Below are positions 1-12,868 of a stretch of DNA of 64,000 nucleotides, in pieces. Below the pieces are notes generated by a model, which had not been told where the DNA came from, did no database searches, and saw only the letters and a list, made by a program, of their open reading frames with translations. Position 1 is the stretch's first letter; every line of letters starts with the position of its first letter. The translations under genes and the position numbers were made by a program. Origin of the DNA: Octopus vulgaris (lineage: Eukaryota); assembly GCA_951406725.2 (NCBI GenBank), contig OX597822.1, positions 95,542,001 through 95,606,000 on the forward strand, given 5' to 3'.

Positions 1-160
1 GGGATGAAGGCTTGGGACAATGTTGGTGATGACATGTTGGGACCCATTCCTGTAGAGAATGGTGTCAAACAGGTTGACATCCTTGCTGCTTTTCCTCATT
101 TCTTTTTTTGCTAAGGTTAGCTCTCTGGGAACATATGCCTCCAGAGCCATTGAAGAAACT
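1..160 (+). mobile_element. Degraded RTE-type LINE reverse transcriptase fragment
   Basis: Frame 1 reads GMKAWDNVGDDMLGPIPVENGVKQVDILAA, resembling the RTE RT motif GM.A.V...G..S.PF.V..GVKQGC.LAP; the frame then degrades. Confidence 0.6.
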
Positions 161-540
161 GTAGTCATCAACTGATCAAGATTGCAAGCACTTCCAAAAC
201 AAAATTAGACAATACAACGCTGCACTACAGACGACATCATTTAGAGTTACAAGAGATTTAACTGAGCCAAGATTCATGCAAACTTTCAAGATCCAAGGTC
301 AGATTTATCATCATGTTGGATCTCTACTACATCTGTCAAATGAATCACCAAAACCGGCCTTTCGTTGTTTATAATCTGTACTTGTTTTTTGTTTACGAAA
401 TAAGCTACACAAAGCGTGTTTCTGAATTATGTGTATTTACTTTATACACATATATGATTTGAAACCTCTGTGTAATCTAGACGGCGTTTTTAAATTTCAT
501 TATTTAACCCAACTATTTAACCCAAGCTGGGTACATCTGC

Positions 541-578
<38 letters not shown>

Positions 579-595
579 TTATTTATTTATTTATT

Positions 596-755
596 ATTAT
601 TTGAGGGAATAAAATCCAAACTTACAAGGAAAAAGAATTCTATTTAGAAATACTAAATCAAATTCCACACAATATAATATATATATAAAATATTAGAAAA
701 AACCCACCTTAAATCAATTCAAAATGAATAATTAAATTACACCATCTAGAAAATT

Positions 756-760
<5 letters not shown>
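596..760 (-). mobile_element. Probable PLE terminal-repeat fragment beside (TA)n
   Basis: Its reverse complement matches aattttc.agatggtgtaatttaat downstream of the 867-953 hammerhead (~1046-1071). A related copy lies at ~63753-63832. Confidence 0.5.
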
Positions 761-827
<67 letters not shown>

Positions 828-866
828 TAAAGTATATTTATTAATTAATTGTTCTATTATAATTTT

Positions 867-953
867 AACCTGATGAGCGACTATATTTATATGCAAGTGA
901 TTTCTCTACTACTATAAGTATTTCTTAAATATAGCAGCGAAACACGTGTCGTT
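867..953 (+). ncRNA. Minimal type-I hammerhead ribozyme in a Penelope-like terminal repeat
   Basis: Stem I AAC(867-869)/GTT(951-953); CTGATGA 870-876; stem II GC..CTATATTTA/TAAATATAG..GC; GAAA 939-942; palindromic stem III CACGTG; GTC triplet with predicted cut after 950. Confidence 0.85.
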
Positions 954-1069
954 TTTCTACCTATTATATACATTATATTATTTTTGTAACTTACTTAATC
1001 TTTGCCTTTTAATTGTTATTTTAATTTTAACTTTTCTATTATATGTAATTTTCAAGATGGTGTAATTTA

Positions 1070-1125
<56 letters not shown>

Positions 1126-1404
1126 AGTAGTAACAACAGATTATGCTCCACCTTAATAACAGAACCAAACGTAATTATCTGATGGAGAATGCAGGGGGAC
1201 ATCTATATAAGTAATTCATCGATTATTTCATTTTAGATTTATTGCACATTTCGTTATTTTCAGATTTGTATTGCTAATGTGCACAGTAATCGCCAGTTGG
1301 CCATCACTCATTAACAGAGAACAAGTCAATTCAATAAGAAGTAAATGGAAAGGAATTAAAATGAGAGGAATGAAGCGGTAAAAGTAGGAAGGTCGAGAAG
1401 GATA

Positions 1405-1450
<46 letters not shown>

Positions 1451-2031
1451 CGTGTGTGAGTGTAAGAGAATGAGAGAGAGTAAAAAGTTAGATGTGTGAG
1501 GCGAACGATATGTGAGGAAGGTAAAATTTCGGAGAAGCGTGTTAGGAGAAAAGCAATGTGTCAAACAAGGCAAAAAGAAAATGTGAGGGTCTCAAGAGGA
1601 ATGAGAGAGCGAAAACAATAAGTAGAACAGAACGAAGAGGAGATAATGAACAACGGTCTGAAAATAACTATTGTTCCATCCAAACACGCATTACACGCGA
1701 GCATCCAGACACGCGTACATATATAGCAACAAATACAATTCTCTTAGATAAAGTTGTAGAACAAAGCACTATGGAGTCTATAAACAGTGAATAACAGAGC
1801 ATGCAAACATACTCTGCGACCATATGTACGCATACACGCATACACGCATACATATAGACGTCGCAGCAAAGAGCATAGCGTCATAATACCCCTATATGCG
1901 TAGATGCATGTATATATATATAGGCATCCATACAGACGATCATACATGTGCTTTCATGCAGTCATATCCTGCAAAAATCTTGGCTACATTTACATTTATA
2001 AATCTATGTATACAAAGACCCAGACAAACGC

Positions 2032-2085
<54 letters not shown>

Positions 2086-2117
2086 GTATATATATATATC
2101 TATATCTATATCTATAC

Positions 2118-2170
<53 letters not shown>

Positions 2171-2351
2171 CATACATATATATATATATCTATGTATATA
2201 TATATTTGGTAAAATAGAAAGATGAATAATCTTGTTGCAGATTAATCAAAAGTTTAACCGATACCTTGGTAGCAAAAATCACGGCAGAAGAAAGCACGGT
2301 TGGAGATAAAACCTTTTGGTGTTGCAACCGTGCGTTGGTGCGGATAATTGA

Positions 2352-2389
<38 letters not shown>

Positions 2390-2454
2390 CATATATATAT
2401 ACATATATATACATATATACATACATATACATATATATATATATAATATATATA

Positions 2455-3635
2455 CGAGGAGTATTCACTAGAAATGTCCCTTGACAACTTCCCAAGGACT
2501 GGGATAAGCGAAACTTGACATAACCACCACCAATAGGGACACTCACCTCTTCCATCGCTTTACGCAGCTGTCAAGACCTCGTCTGAAGAAGTCGGCAGGT
2601 CGCATCTGGAGTCAAAACTTTATCTAGGAAATAAGTTTATCATCTGAAAAGTCCTTCCCCTTCAAAAAGGACTTCATGGTTGGAAAGAGGTGAATGTCTT
2701 CGTGCGAGGTCGGAAGAGTAAAGGGGATGAGGAAGGAGTTCATAGCCGCAGGAATTTGCTTTCTTCTTGGCAACATGCACATTGTGAACTGGGGCGTTGT
2801 CTTGGAGGAGGCGGACCCCTTTGGTCAATATGCCACGCATCTGCTTTGATGGCGTCCCGCAATTTCTACAGCAGAAAAGCATATACCTCGTTAATAGTGG
2901 TGCCCTTTGCCAGAAAATCCACCATCACTACTCCGCGCTGGTCCCAAAAGAATGTGAGCATCACCTTGCCTGCTGAAGGTCGGACACGTGCCTTCTTTGG
3001 AGGTGGTGAGTTATCATGCTTCCATTGCTTCGACAGCAGTGCAGTCTCAGGATCACAGTGATGAACCCATGTTTCATCCTGTGTGATAAATTTGCCGAAA
3101 ATTCCTCCTCGTTTTCTTGGTACATTGCCAAAAGAGTCTGGGAGCAATTAACACGTTCCTGCTTCTGAAAAGTTGTGAACATCAGGGAAGCCCATCGTGC
3201 AGACAACTTCTGCATATGCAAATGATCGGGAATATTTTTTTCCACGGACCCTACACTTCTCTTCACTTCTTGGGCTAGTTGCCGAATAATTATGCGGCGA
3301 TCCTCCAAAATGTCGGCTTCACGAATAGTGTCGTCATGAATGGCGGAATGTGGTCGTCCAAGAATAGGAGTTTCCACCGATGTCTGACCATATTTGAACT
3401 GACGATGCCAGTTCTTGACTACGTCGTATGATGGTGCATCGTCACCATAAACTTCTTTCATTTCACCGAAAGTCTCTATTGGTGTACGACTGTTCACCAA
3501 TGGGATCCAAGTGGCGCAACTCCGATGGAAGAGGAATGTGGATCGCAAGAGGGATTATGGTGAAAAATGAAACCTATTTAGATACATTCTATGATAGAAT
3601 TTCGGTCAGCCTATGATCTTTTCAGCTGACCCTCG
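2455..3635 (-). mobile_element. Mariner (DD34D) DNA transposon with frameshifted transposase
   Basis: Degenerate TIRs cgagga.../...ccctcg. ORF pieces contain the HTH region, SARWAS (WVP motif), ITQDETWVHH, LLQDNAPVH and LPHPLYSSDLA. Confidence 0.92.
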
Positions 3636-4744
3636 CACACGCGCATACATCTGATGCAGCTATAGTAGAAAAGAATACGGGCTCATATACATACCTGTAA
3701 ATTGATGTATGCATATAGGCACACGTACTTATATGCTCCCCACAAAATCTGTAGGATTTGGTCGAGGTTAGGAAAAAAGTTTGTGCTATTTGAATTTGAT
3801 GTATAAAGGAATGTAAAAACAGGGATTGTACAATTCTACGATATCAGAAATAGATTCAAACAGTCATCTCAAGTATCAATAAAACTGCTGAAGATGATGC
3901 ACGATTGAGCAAATGTTGTTTACAGACTAATGATTGAAGGTGCAAACCTTATAATGGAAAACTAAGACTCTTGTTATGGTTGTTGTTTTGTTTTGACAAA
4001 GCAGAACTACGATCGAAAGCGCTTCAGCCATGGCCATTCTATCCTTAACTCAATTAATGAGTAGCTATCATTACACCACCTAATGAGATCAGCACTTTAG
4101 AAAAGTTAATAGAGTATAATTTGAGGGAAATTAGCTGTAATGTCTAGCAGGTTAAGGTAACCACATTGAAGGTCCCCCGTTGGTAATTTGTTAGTAAACA
4201 CTGTTAGCTGTTCGCATAGAATGACAATAATACTGTTCATCTCCAAGCGAGAATTCCTCGTTAGTAATATGATCGTACTTGCTAATCTTCGATAATATTC
4301 TGAGGCTGTTTTGATGGGAAACATCGATGCAACTTGTAAATTAATACTGATGTACAGCAGTTCCGTGAGCCAAGAACTGTCGTTCATTAAAGTGAATGGC
4401 CTCTGTCACCAGTACAAATTGTTTGTTATGACGTTTGGATTTTATTTGAAATATTAGGCTTTAATACTATGCTTTAAAACGGCTTAATACACGTAATACA
4501 CAAAACCTCTGCACATAGACAAGTCTATATATATATATATATATATAAGTGGTTGAATGAATTATCTTAGTATGGATAATTCGATTAACCGATACCTGGG
4601 TAGCAAATTCACGTCAGAAAAACACGGTTGAAGCTACATGCCAAGAGCAGAGATCACGTGCTTTCGTGTGGAAATTTGTGTGTTTTTTTTATACAAATAA
4701 ATGAAAGAATGGAGTTGAACGACGATTTAACAAAATTCCTTTAT

Positions 4745-4825
4745 TCTCGACATATGTTTCGAAGGCTGCATATTCCTAATTTCGAAGGAATAAAGGGTGC
4801 ATTATGCCGCCTTCTCATCAGGAAA
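4745..4825 (-). ncRNA. Minimal type-I hammerhead ribozyme
   Basis: Minus strand reads UUUC-CUGAUGA-GAAGGC...GCCUUC-GAAA-CAUAUG-UC-GAGA. Confidence 0.88.
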
Positions 4826-4972
4826 GACAAGGAACCCATGTCAGCATCAAGATGAACAAAAACTCTTAGATGACTGCCCACACGGAGTCCAAAAACTCTT
4901 AGATGACTGCTCCGTATGGGCAGTTATCTAAGAGTTTTTGTTCATCTTGATGCTGACATAAGTTCCTTGTTT

Positions 4973-5053
4973 TTTCCTGATGAGAAGGCAGCATAATGCA
5001 CCCCTTATTCCTTCGAAATTAGGAATATGCAGCCTTCGAAACATATGTCGAGA
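4973..5053 (+). ncRNA. Minimal type-I hammerhead ribozyme
   Basis: TTTC; CTGATGA 4977-4983; GAAGGC/GCCTTC stem II; GAAA 5038-5041; CATATG palindrome; GTC with cut after 5049; GAGA. Confidence 0.88.
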
Positions 5054-5420
5054 ATAAAGGAATTTTGTTAAATCGTCGTTCAACTCCATTCTTTCATTTA
5101 TTTGTATATATATATATATAAAGAGAGAGACAGAGAGAGAGAGAGAGAAACAGAGAAAGATACATATATATACGTACACTCATCCTTTCATTTATTCCTG
5201 TACTGGCTTCAGTCATTGGACTGCGACCATTGTAGGTCACCGGCTTCCCGATTACGTCCATCTCAGTATATTTTTAAACGCGATGGTCACTTTATCGTCG
5301 TCTATTTACCGAAACGGCAATTTGACAGGTTTTAAACGTAAAAACAGATGTAGACACTTATGAACCCTCACCTATATCTATAAATGTGTAGACGCATATA
5401 TATATATACATATACATATG

Positions 5421-5546
<126 letters not shown>

Positions 5547-5563
5547 TATATACATATATATAA

Positions 5564-5674
<111 letters not shown>

Positions 5675-5694
5675 TATATATGTATATATGTAGG

Positions 5695-5805
5695 CTCGAA
5701 ACGTTACAGACTTTTTCAATTCCCGAGCGCTATACTAATACATCTGTTTGTTTTCTACACCACCTGTCTTCGTCATTTGTTTTTTCATGAATTCTTCCCC
5801 CCCAC
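5695..5805 (+). mobile_element. PLE-like terminal-repeat fragment in (TA)n, retaining only the 3' half of a hammerhead-like motif
   Basis: Begins ggctcgaaacgtt; homologous to the reverse complement of 40965-41076. Confidence 0.55.
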
Positions 5806-5920
5806 TATATATATATATATATATATATATATCTGTGTGTGTGTGTGCGCATGTGCGTGTGAGTGTGAATGAGTGTCTTTGCGCATATATATATATATAT
5901 ATATATACGTATATAAAAGT

Positions 5921-5971
<51 letters not shown>

Positions 5972-6018
5972 GTACATATGTATTCATATATGTACATATA
6001 TATCTTTATATAATTGTG

Positions 6019-6050
<32 letters not shown>

Positions 6051-6315
6051 CGTCTGTGTGTGTGTGAACATAAATAATAGTAAGGGTATTTGTTGCATCC
6101 TTCAAATACGTCAGGAATATGCATAGTTAAGCCACCTCTCTCTCTGCAGGCTACAAAATCAAAGGTAAATGTTAGCTACGAAAGTGTATGAAGTTAAATA
6201 ACTTTCGAACAACTTCCTTATGGCAGCCAAGTGATGGACGTAACATAATCTATACGATATGCAACTATATCATAATTCTGGTTGAAACATAACTGTTTTC
6301 ATGAAGAAATATTTA

Positions 6316-6498
6316 CAGGAGTGGCCGTGTGGTAAGTAGCTTGCTAACCAACCACATGGTTCCGGGTTCAGTCCCACTGCATGGCATCTTGGGCAAGTGT
6401 CTTCTGCTATAGCCCCGGGCCGACCAATGCCTTGTGAGTAGATTTGGTAGACGGAAACTGAAAGAAGCCTGTCGTATATATGTATATATATATATATG

Positions 6499-6543
<45 letters not shown>

Positions 6544-6761
6544 TGTGCCTGTGTTTGTCCCCCTAGCATTGCCTGACAACCGATGCTGGTGTGTTTACGT
6601 CCCCGTCACTTAGCGGTTCGGCAAAAGCAAACGATAGAATAAGTACTGGGCTTACAAAGAATAAGTTCTGGGGTCGATTTGCTCGACTAAAAACGGTACT
6701 CCAGCATGGCCGCAGTCAAATGACTGAAACAAGTAAAAGAGTAAAAGAGTAAAAGAGAGTA
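6316..6761 (+). mobile_element. tRNA-derived SINE, family A
   Basis: A box tggccgtgtgg, B box gggttcagtccc, internal TA/TG microsatellite, (gtaaaaga)n tail; many copies in the window. Confidence 0.85.
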
Positions 6762-6804
6762 CATAAAAGTACACAATTTTTTGCGTATCCATATGTATAT
6801 GTGT

Positions 6805-6853
<49 letters not shown>

Positions 6854-7060
6854 GCTTTTGCTACTTATAGACGTATCCATTTTAACCAGCGTCTGTATTC
6901 GGCTTTCGTTTGAACTGCATCTTTAAAGTGTCATAACGGGCACACGCATACACACACAAATACGCACACACGCGCACACAGATATGCATATATGTGAATA
7001 TTTCCCTCTATCCCTATCTATCTATTCATGTATGTATATATGTGGATGTATGTATTTTTG

Positions 7061-7103
<43 letters not shown>

Positions 7104-7141
7104 TAGATAAATAGATATATATACATATACATCCATACATG

Positions 7142-7172
<31 letters not shown>

Positions 7173-7230
7173 GTGTATAAACATATACTTACATACATAT
7201 ATATATATATATACATATACACACACACAC

Positions 7231-7266
<36 letters not shown>

Positions 7267-7357
7267 GTATCGATATGTCTATATCTATCAATCCATCCAT
7301 CTATTTATCTATCTATCAATCTATCTATCTATTTATCTCTCTCTCTCTCTCTCTCTC

Positions 7358-7389
<32 letters not shown>

Positions 7390-7393
<4 letters not shown>

Positions 7394-7699
7394 TTGATCA
7401 CGTGACCGACCAGGCTATCAGATGTTGCTACACATCGCTGGTCACAATGCGCTCCGCATTGTTTTACCCTTCAAATGACGCCACCCCGCTGGCTAAGCGA
7501 GCAGGCCAACAGAAGAAAGAGTGAGAGAAAGTTGGTGGCGAAAGAGTACAGCAGGGATTGCCACCACCCCACTGCCGGAGCCTCATGGAGCTTTAGATGT
7601 TTTCGCTCAATAAACACTCACAACGCCCGGTCTGGGAATCGAAACCGCGATCCTACGACCGCGAGTCCGCTGCCCTAACCACTGGGCCATTGCGCCTCC
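7390..7699 (-). mobile_element. tRNA-derived SINE, family B (tail type 1)
   Basis: Minus-strand head ggaggcgcaatggcccagtggttagggcagcggactcgcgg...gtttcgattccc; same family at 30757. Confidence 0.85.
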
Positions 7700-7748
7700 C
7701 CCCCCACATATGTATATTAATCGGTAGTGTAGTTAAATTAGCCTTATC

Positions 7749-7954
7749 TATTTCTTTACTACCCACAAGGGGCTAAACACAGAGGGGACAAACAAGGACA
7801 GACAAAGGGATTAAGTCGATTACATCGACCCCAGTGCGTAAATGGTACTTTATTTATCGACCCCGAAAGGATGAAAGGCAAAGTCGACCTCGGCGGAATT
7901 TGAACTCAGGTCGACTTTGCCTTTCATCCTTTCGGGGTCGATAAATAAAGTACC
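7749..7954 (-). mobile_element. SINE family C with a terminal fold-back
   Basis: Family C body plus a perfect 47-bp inverted repeat, 7844-7890 and 7908-7954. Confidence 0.8.
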
Positions 7955-8169
7955 TTTACTTCCATTCCTTGTACCGCACTGCATCTAAAGCAGATACGCA
8001 GAAACGACTGTTACTTTGCCACGTGACAATAGAAGATCATTGCTGGTCAGAAACTCAGATTAGTTAGTATTCAAAATTACACACCCACACACTTTATTTT
8101 TACTCGTACACATACAGATTTTATTGCATAACTGCAGCTTCTCTGTCTTTGTTCTCTAATAATGTTTCT

Positions 8170-8210
<41 letters not shown>

Positions 8211-8262
8211 TTGCAATGAAATTCTGTAGAAATACGTTTCTTCATGTTTTCTAAAACATATA

Positions 8263-8680
8263 TCTCTTTTTCTCTTTTCTCTTTTACTTGTTTCAGTCAT
8301 TTGACTGCGGCCATGCTGGAGCACCGCCTTTAGTCGAGCAAATCGACCCCGATACTTATTCTTTGTAAGCCCAGTACTTATTCTATCGGTCTCTTTTTGC
8401 CGAACCGCTAAGTGACGGGGACGTAAACACACCAGCATCGGTTGTCAAGCAATGCTAGGGGGACAAACACAGACACACAAACACACACATATATATATAT
8501 ATATATATACATATATACGACAGGCTTCTTTCAGTTTCCGTCTACCAAATCCACTCACAAGGCATTGGTCGGCCCGGGGCTATAGCAGAAGACACTTGCC
8601 CAAGATGCCACGCAGTGGGACTAAACCCGGAATCATGAGGTTGGTTAGCAAGCTACTTACCACACAGCCACTCCTGCGCC
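8263..8680 (-). mobile_element. SINE family A
   Basis: Reverse complement of the 6316 element. Confidence 0.85.
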
Positions 8681-9180
8681 TATATAATAATTATGAAAAA
8701 TAAAATTCTCGAAAAATTGTAAACACATTCTTTTCTTCTCTAAAAAAGAATGAAGTCGATATAGTTCTGTGTTCAGTCTCACTTTGGATACATATTTTCT
8801 ATTTTATCACCCGGAACGACCAAAGCCTTGTGTGCGGATTTGGCAGATGGAGACTAAAAGAAACCCGTTGTATATTTGTATATATCTATGTGCATAGGTC
8901 TTGATGTTTGCACTTGACAGTTAGTTTTGGTTTGTTTCTCTCACAGTGACTTAGCGGTTTGGAAAACGGAAAACAGGTAGGATAAGTAGCAGATTTTAAA
9001 AACAAGTTCTGAGGTCGAGTTGTTCGACTAAATCTTGGAAGACCATGCTCCAGCATAACCACAATCTAACGATCGAAAGAAGTAAAAGATATAAGATGAA
9101 AGAACTATTTTTAGTATTTGCAACTTGTTCAAAATTATTGCGCATCATTAAATATCTGACATTATTCTGATTGATAATAA

Positions 9181-9357
9181 TCATTATCAACTTGAAATTT
9201 GAAGGCATGATAAAAAATATATCTGTTCATATTTAGTCTGTAACAGCACAGATGGAAATTATTCAAATTATTGAGTACTTCCGGTTTATCTTATAGAAGG
9301 TTAAACGTACACTCGGAAATTCTTTCATCATGCCTTCGAATTTCATGTTGATAATGA
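9181..9357. repeat. Hairpin / MITE-like inverted repeat
   Basis: tcattatcaacttgaaatttgaaggcatgat pairs with atcatgccttcgaatttcatgttgataatga. Confidence 0.6.
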
Positions 9358-9407
9358 ATAATATTAATTAGCTTAACGTCATACATTTTAATTCCTTTTT
9401 AAGAACG

Positions 9408-9635
9408 GTAGAACTCAAAGCAGATGAAGCTATAAATAAAACGTATAAATATTTGTTTAACAAAGCTCTTTGGATAGAAAAAGGTGAAAGGCTACACGCA
9501 GTTGAGTGCCAATTATGTTAGCAGGAAATAAGGGATCGCGTCCAACGGGCACTCTTCAACTTTATCTATCCGAAGGGATTTTTAACTTAATATTTAAACG
9601 CTATTATTTATAGCTTTATCTGCTTTGAGATCCAC
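9408..9635. repeat. Hairpin / MITE-like inverted repeat
   Basis: ctcaaagcagatgaagctataaataa pairs with ttatttatagctttatctgctttgag; the inner gagtgccc/gggcactc also pairs. Confidence 0.65.
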
Positions 9636-10379
9636 TTTTTCAAAAAATAATTATTTCACATTCTCTTGAAGTATATCGATTCTTATGACGTAAACAACAT
9701 ACATTTTCATGTTGTGGAATGATTATATACATATTTTAAAACGGATGGGATATGAGCTCGTTTTCTGAGCAACTAAAATTCAAAATATTTTTATCCAGAG
9801 TATCATCATCAACATCTTCCAAGTGTATGTCCACAAAATTTCATTAAAATGCACATTATTAAGAATGTTGTAAAAAAAACTTGTCGATGGTGACAAGGCA
9901 CAAAATTATAGTTAATCTTAAACATACATGTTAACGAATAGTTTTTGGCCATTCATCATTTTGAGATGCACTTGGATATATCATTAAAGATGACTCTTTG
10001 GGCATTTCGAGTCTTTCATAAATCGGTTTTAGGATTTCCTGCCAGGGTTGATCAAGTCCCAGTTTGTGTTCATTTAGCACTATTCCAGCCATGTAGCACG
10101 GTCTCTTACCAAGGCTTTCACTTACTTCTGATCCACAAGCATCTTGAAGAAATCTTTGCTACATTTATATCCAACTTGAAGGCCCCTCGTCAACTGATAC
10201 CTACGATGTCCAACATGTCGTAGGTTCTGCTGAGGGACTGGTTTGTAAACCTTCTTTATCTTAAATCTTCTTTGACATCCATTGCTTTGGCATAGCTCCA
10301 TCTCCTTAACATAATTCAATCTATTTCTTTCGCTTTCCTTCTCAATATCCTTCACAGGGGCTGGAGAATTCTAACAGAA

Positions 10380-10885
10380 TCACCCAGTAGGATTCTTCTG
10401 AGATCAGCACCAAGTTTGGAATCTTCAATGTTGAAACGGCAGTTCTAGAATAGCGCGTACACCCACACACTTACACAGATACTGTACTCTCCTTGATACG
10501 AAGCCAATAATTAAATTATTCCGAGCGATAGCAATTTCTACACATTTTTATCTATAAGTAACAGCAGATAGAAAAAAGTACCAAAGAGACTTCTGGATGG
10601 TGCTCCACTTGTTACTGTAGGGTTTTCAGATAAGTCGCCGGTCGCTTCCACTTTTGGAGTTTGGTACATATTGAAATCAAACATCCAAGTAGCGTTAAAT
10701 GTTAATAGCATTAAATGTCTTTCAAAATCTTTGACCTTCTCGAAACACACAGTGAACCTTTGTTCTGGAAGAGAAATTATTTTCAAGATGTGGATTTCAT
10801 AGTCATGTTCTGGGAGTTGTTTTAGTTCTATGTATTTTTCCATCGCTGAAACTGTATTTGGTGCTGGTGAAACAATTCTGTTCAT
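10380..10885 (-). mobile_element. Possible highly degraded hAT transposase C-terminus
   Basis: Weak resemblance only (EQRF...F.R.L.L, a frameshifted STYLC-like stretch, RTAVSTLKIPNL). Confidence 0.3.
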
Positions 10886-11702
10886 TTAAAGAATATCTTA
10901 AAATCTGTCTGCTTTATATTTACTCTCCAAGAACGTTGAAAAACTCTCTAGTTTGCTCACAGCATTCTATTTATACAAAATGGTATAAAAACAAAGTGGT
11001 ATAAAAAAAATACTTCCAGGTAGTGTCCCAGCTTGGCTGCACTCTGAGGACTGATACAGGTAAAAGAAGAAAGGCTGCTAAGAATTTTGTCCGGCGTGGT
11101 AACAACCTACATTGTCACTATATGAGACACAGTATCAAGAGCCCAATAATCTGATTGTGTAATACAGAAAATGAGCTTGCATTGTTGGTGATCATTCAAA
11201 CCAACGACTTACGTTTGCGTCTAGTATATCTTTAAATTAGCGCATAGAAAGATTTTGTTAGGTATTGATTTGTGTTTACGAAATATATTCTAGATTTGAC
11301 ATACTCTAAAGGATATTTGTATACCTTAGAGGATATTTATATACCCTGAATGCTAATCAGATCTCCCAGAAGGAAATGGTGACTATCGTTACAAATATCT
11401 CCGAATAACCTGTTGATTCTTATCGTAGGTTAACACAAGAATCAACACAAGAATCACCAGAATAGTCATCCGGAAATAGATACAGGATATCTAATTTAAT
11501 ATATTTATTTTGTTTAATATCGTGTTGTGTCACCGAATAATGTTTTGCTTTCGTATGGAAAACATAACCAAATCAAATATTATCACACTCTCTATCTATC
11601 CGTAAATGCAAGTAGCTACTACGTATTCGTATATGTAGGAATACATGTATGCATATATCCATCCATCCATCCAACCATATATACATACATACACACATAT
11701 AT

Positions 11703-11764
<62 letters not shown>

Positions 11765-11792
11765 GCATGTATGCACACACACACATATATAC

Positions 11793-11822
<30 letters not shown>

Positions 11823-11827
<5 letters not shown>

Positions 11828-12009
11828 ATCCAAACAAGAAAGCACAAAAAAACCACAACAACGCGAGGACTTGGAACAAATATAGTATTATTGGACACTC
11901 AGGAAAGAAGGAAAGAAGGAGGGTTTAACATTTCGAGCGGAGCTCTTCGTCGGAAACACAGGAGAAGGAAAGATCCAGAGAAGGGAAGACAGAGGGAAAA
12001 AATCGTCAA
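11823..12009 (-). mobile_element. PLE-like terminal-repeat fragment in (TA)n, with hammerhead variant at 11923-11957
   Basis: Minus strand GUUU-CCGACGAA-GAGC-UCC-GCUC-GAAA-UG-UU-AAAC; homologue at 30403-30600. Confidence 0.65.
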
Positions 12010-12362
12010 TATATATATATTTATCGCATATATACATACACACACATATATGTATGTAGAAATGTGTGTATGTATAGTTGTTTCAATAGTGGATGTGCAT
12101 TATTTACTGGTTAGGGTGGTACAATCATGATCACAATAATGTGGTTACATTTCCTGGACCAGAGAATACATTCTGTTTTTTTAGCAAAACACTTCATCTC
12201 ACGATACACCAATTCATTCAGCTGGCTAACATGAATAATCCGTAGACGGACTGGCGTCCCGTCCAGTGGTGAAATATACACGCCACAGAATCCTGGAAAC
12301 CGTACCTATAAGCCTATGGTTCTGGAAGGATCTTTGATCCTTTTTTATATTTATATTTATAT

Positions 12363-12755
12363 AGGCGCAGGAGTGGCTGTGTGGTAAGTAGCTTGTTTAC
12401 CAACCACATGGTTCCGGGTTCAGTCCCACTGCGTGACACCTTGGGCAAGTGTCTTCTACTATAGCCTCGGGCCGACCAAAGTCTTGTGAGTGGATTTGGT
12501 AGACGGAAACTGAAAGAAGCTCGTCATATATATGTATATATATGTGTGTGTGTGTGTCTGTGTTTGTCCCCCTAGCATTGCTTGACAACCGATGGTGGTG
12601 TGTTTATGTCCCCGTTACTTAGCGGTTCGGCAAAGAGACCGATAGAATAAGTACTGGGCTTACAAAGAATAAGTCCCGGGGTCGAATTGCTCGACTAAAG
12701 ACGGTGCTCCAGCATGGCCGCAGTCAAATGACTGAAACAAGTAAAAAAGAGAGTA
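12363..12755 (+). mobile_element. SINE family A
   Basis: ggcgcaggagtggctgtgtggtaag head, homologous to other family A copies. Confidence 0.85.
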
Positions 12756-12868
12756 AAACAAAAAAAAATATGTGTAGACACACACACACAGATGCACACA
12801 CAAACACACACGCACACACAGACTTACAAGTACCAGTCTCCGTCTTCTTTGTATGAGGAGTAGGTATA

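Larger units (their letters stand above)
4690..5108. mobile_element. Inverted pair of PLE-like terminal repeats (~200-bp arms)
   Basis: Arms 4690-4887 and 4910-5108 are near-identical reverse complements, each carrying a hammerhead. Confidence 0.8.

Noticed and set aside
515-543. Helitron-like 3' end (acccaagctgggt...ctag|t)
   Set aside because: No matching 5' TC terminus or second copy was identified.
4106-4460. Non-repetitive stretch as a possible host exon
   Set aside because: No recognisable protein motif or convincing splice-bounded open frame; small host exons elsewhere cannot be excluded by eye.
9945-10355. Coding-looking segment
   Set aside because: In-frame stops; the ending ALVRDRATW is only weakly reminiscent of an RTE LINE C-terminus; unassignable.
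11360-11490. Possible decayed hammerhead (ggtgactat/atagtcatc stem followed by GGAAA)
   Set aside because: The 5' core is unrecognisable; too degenerate to call.
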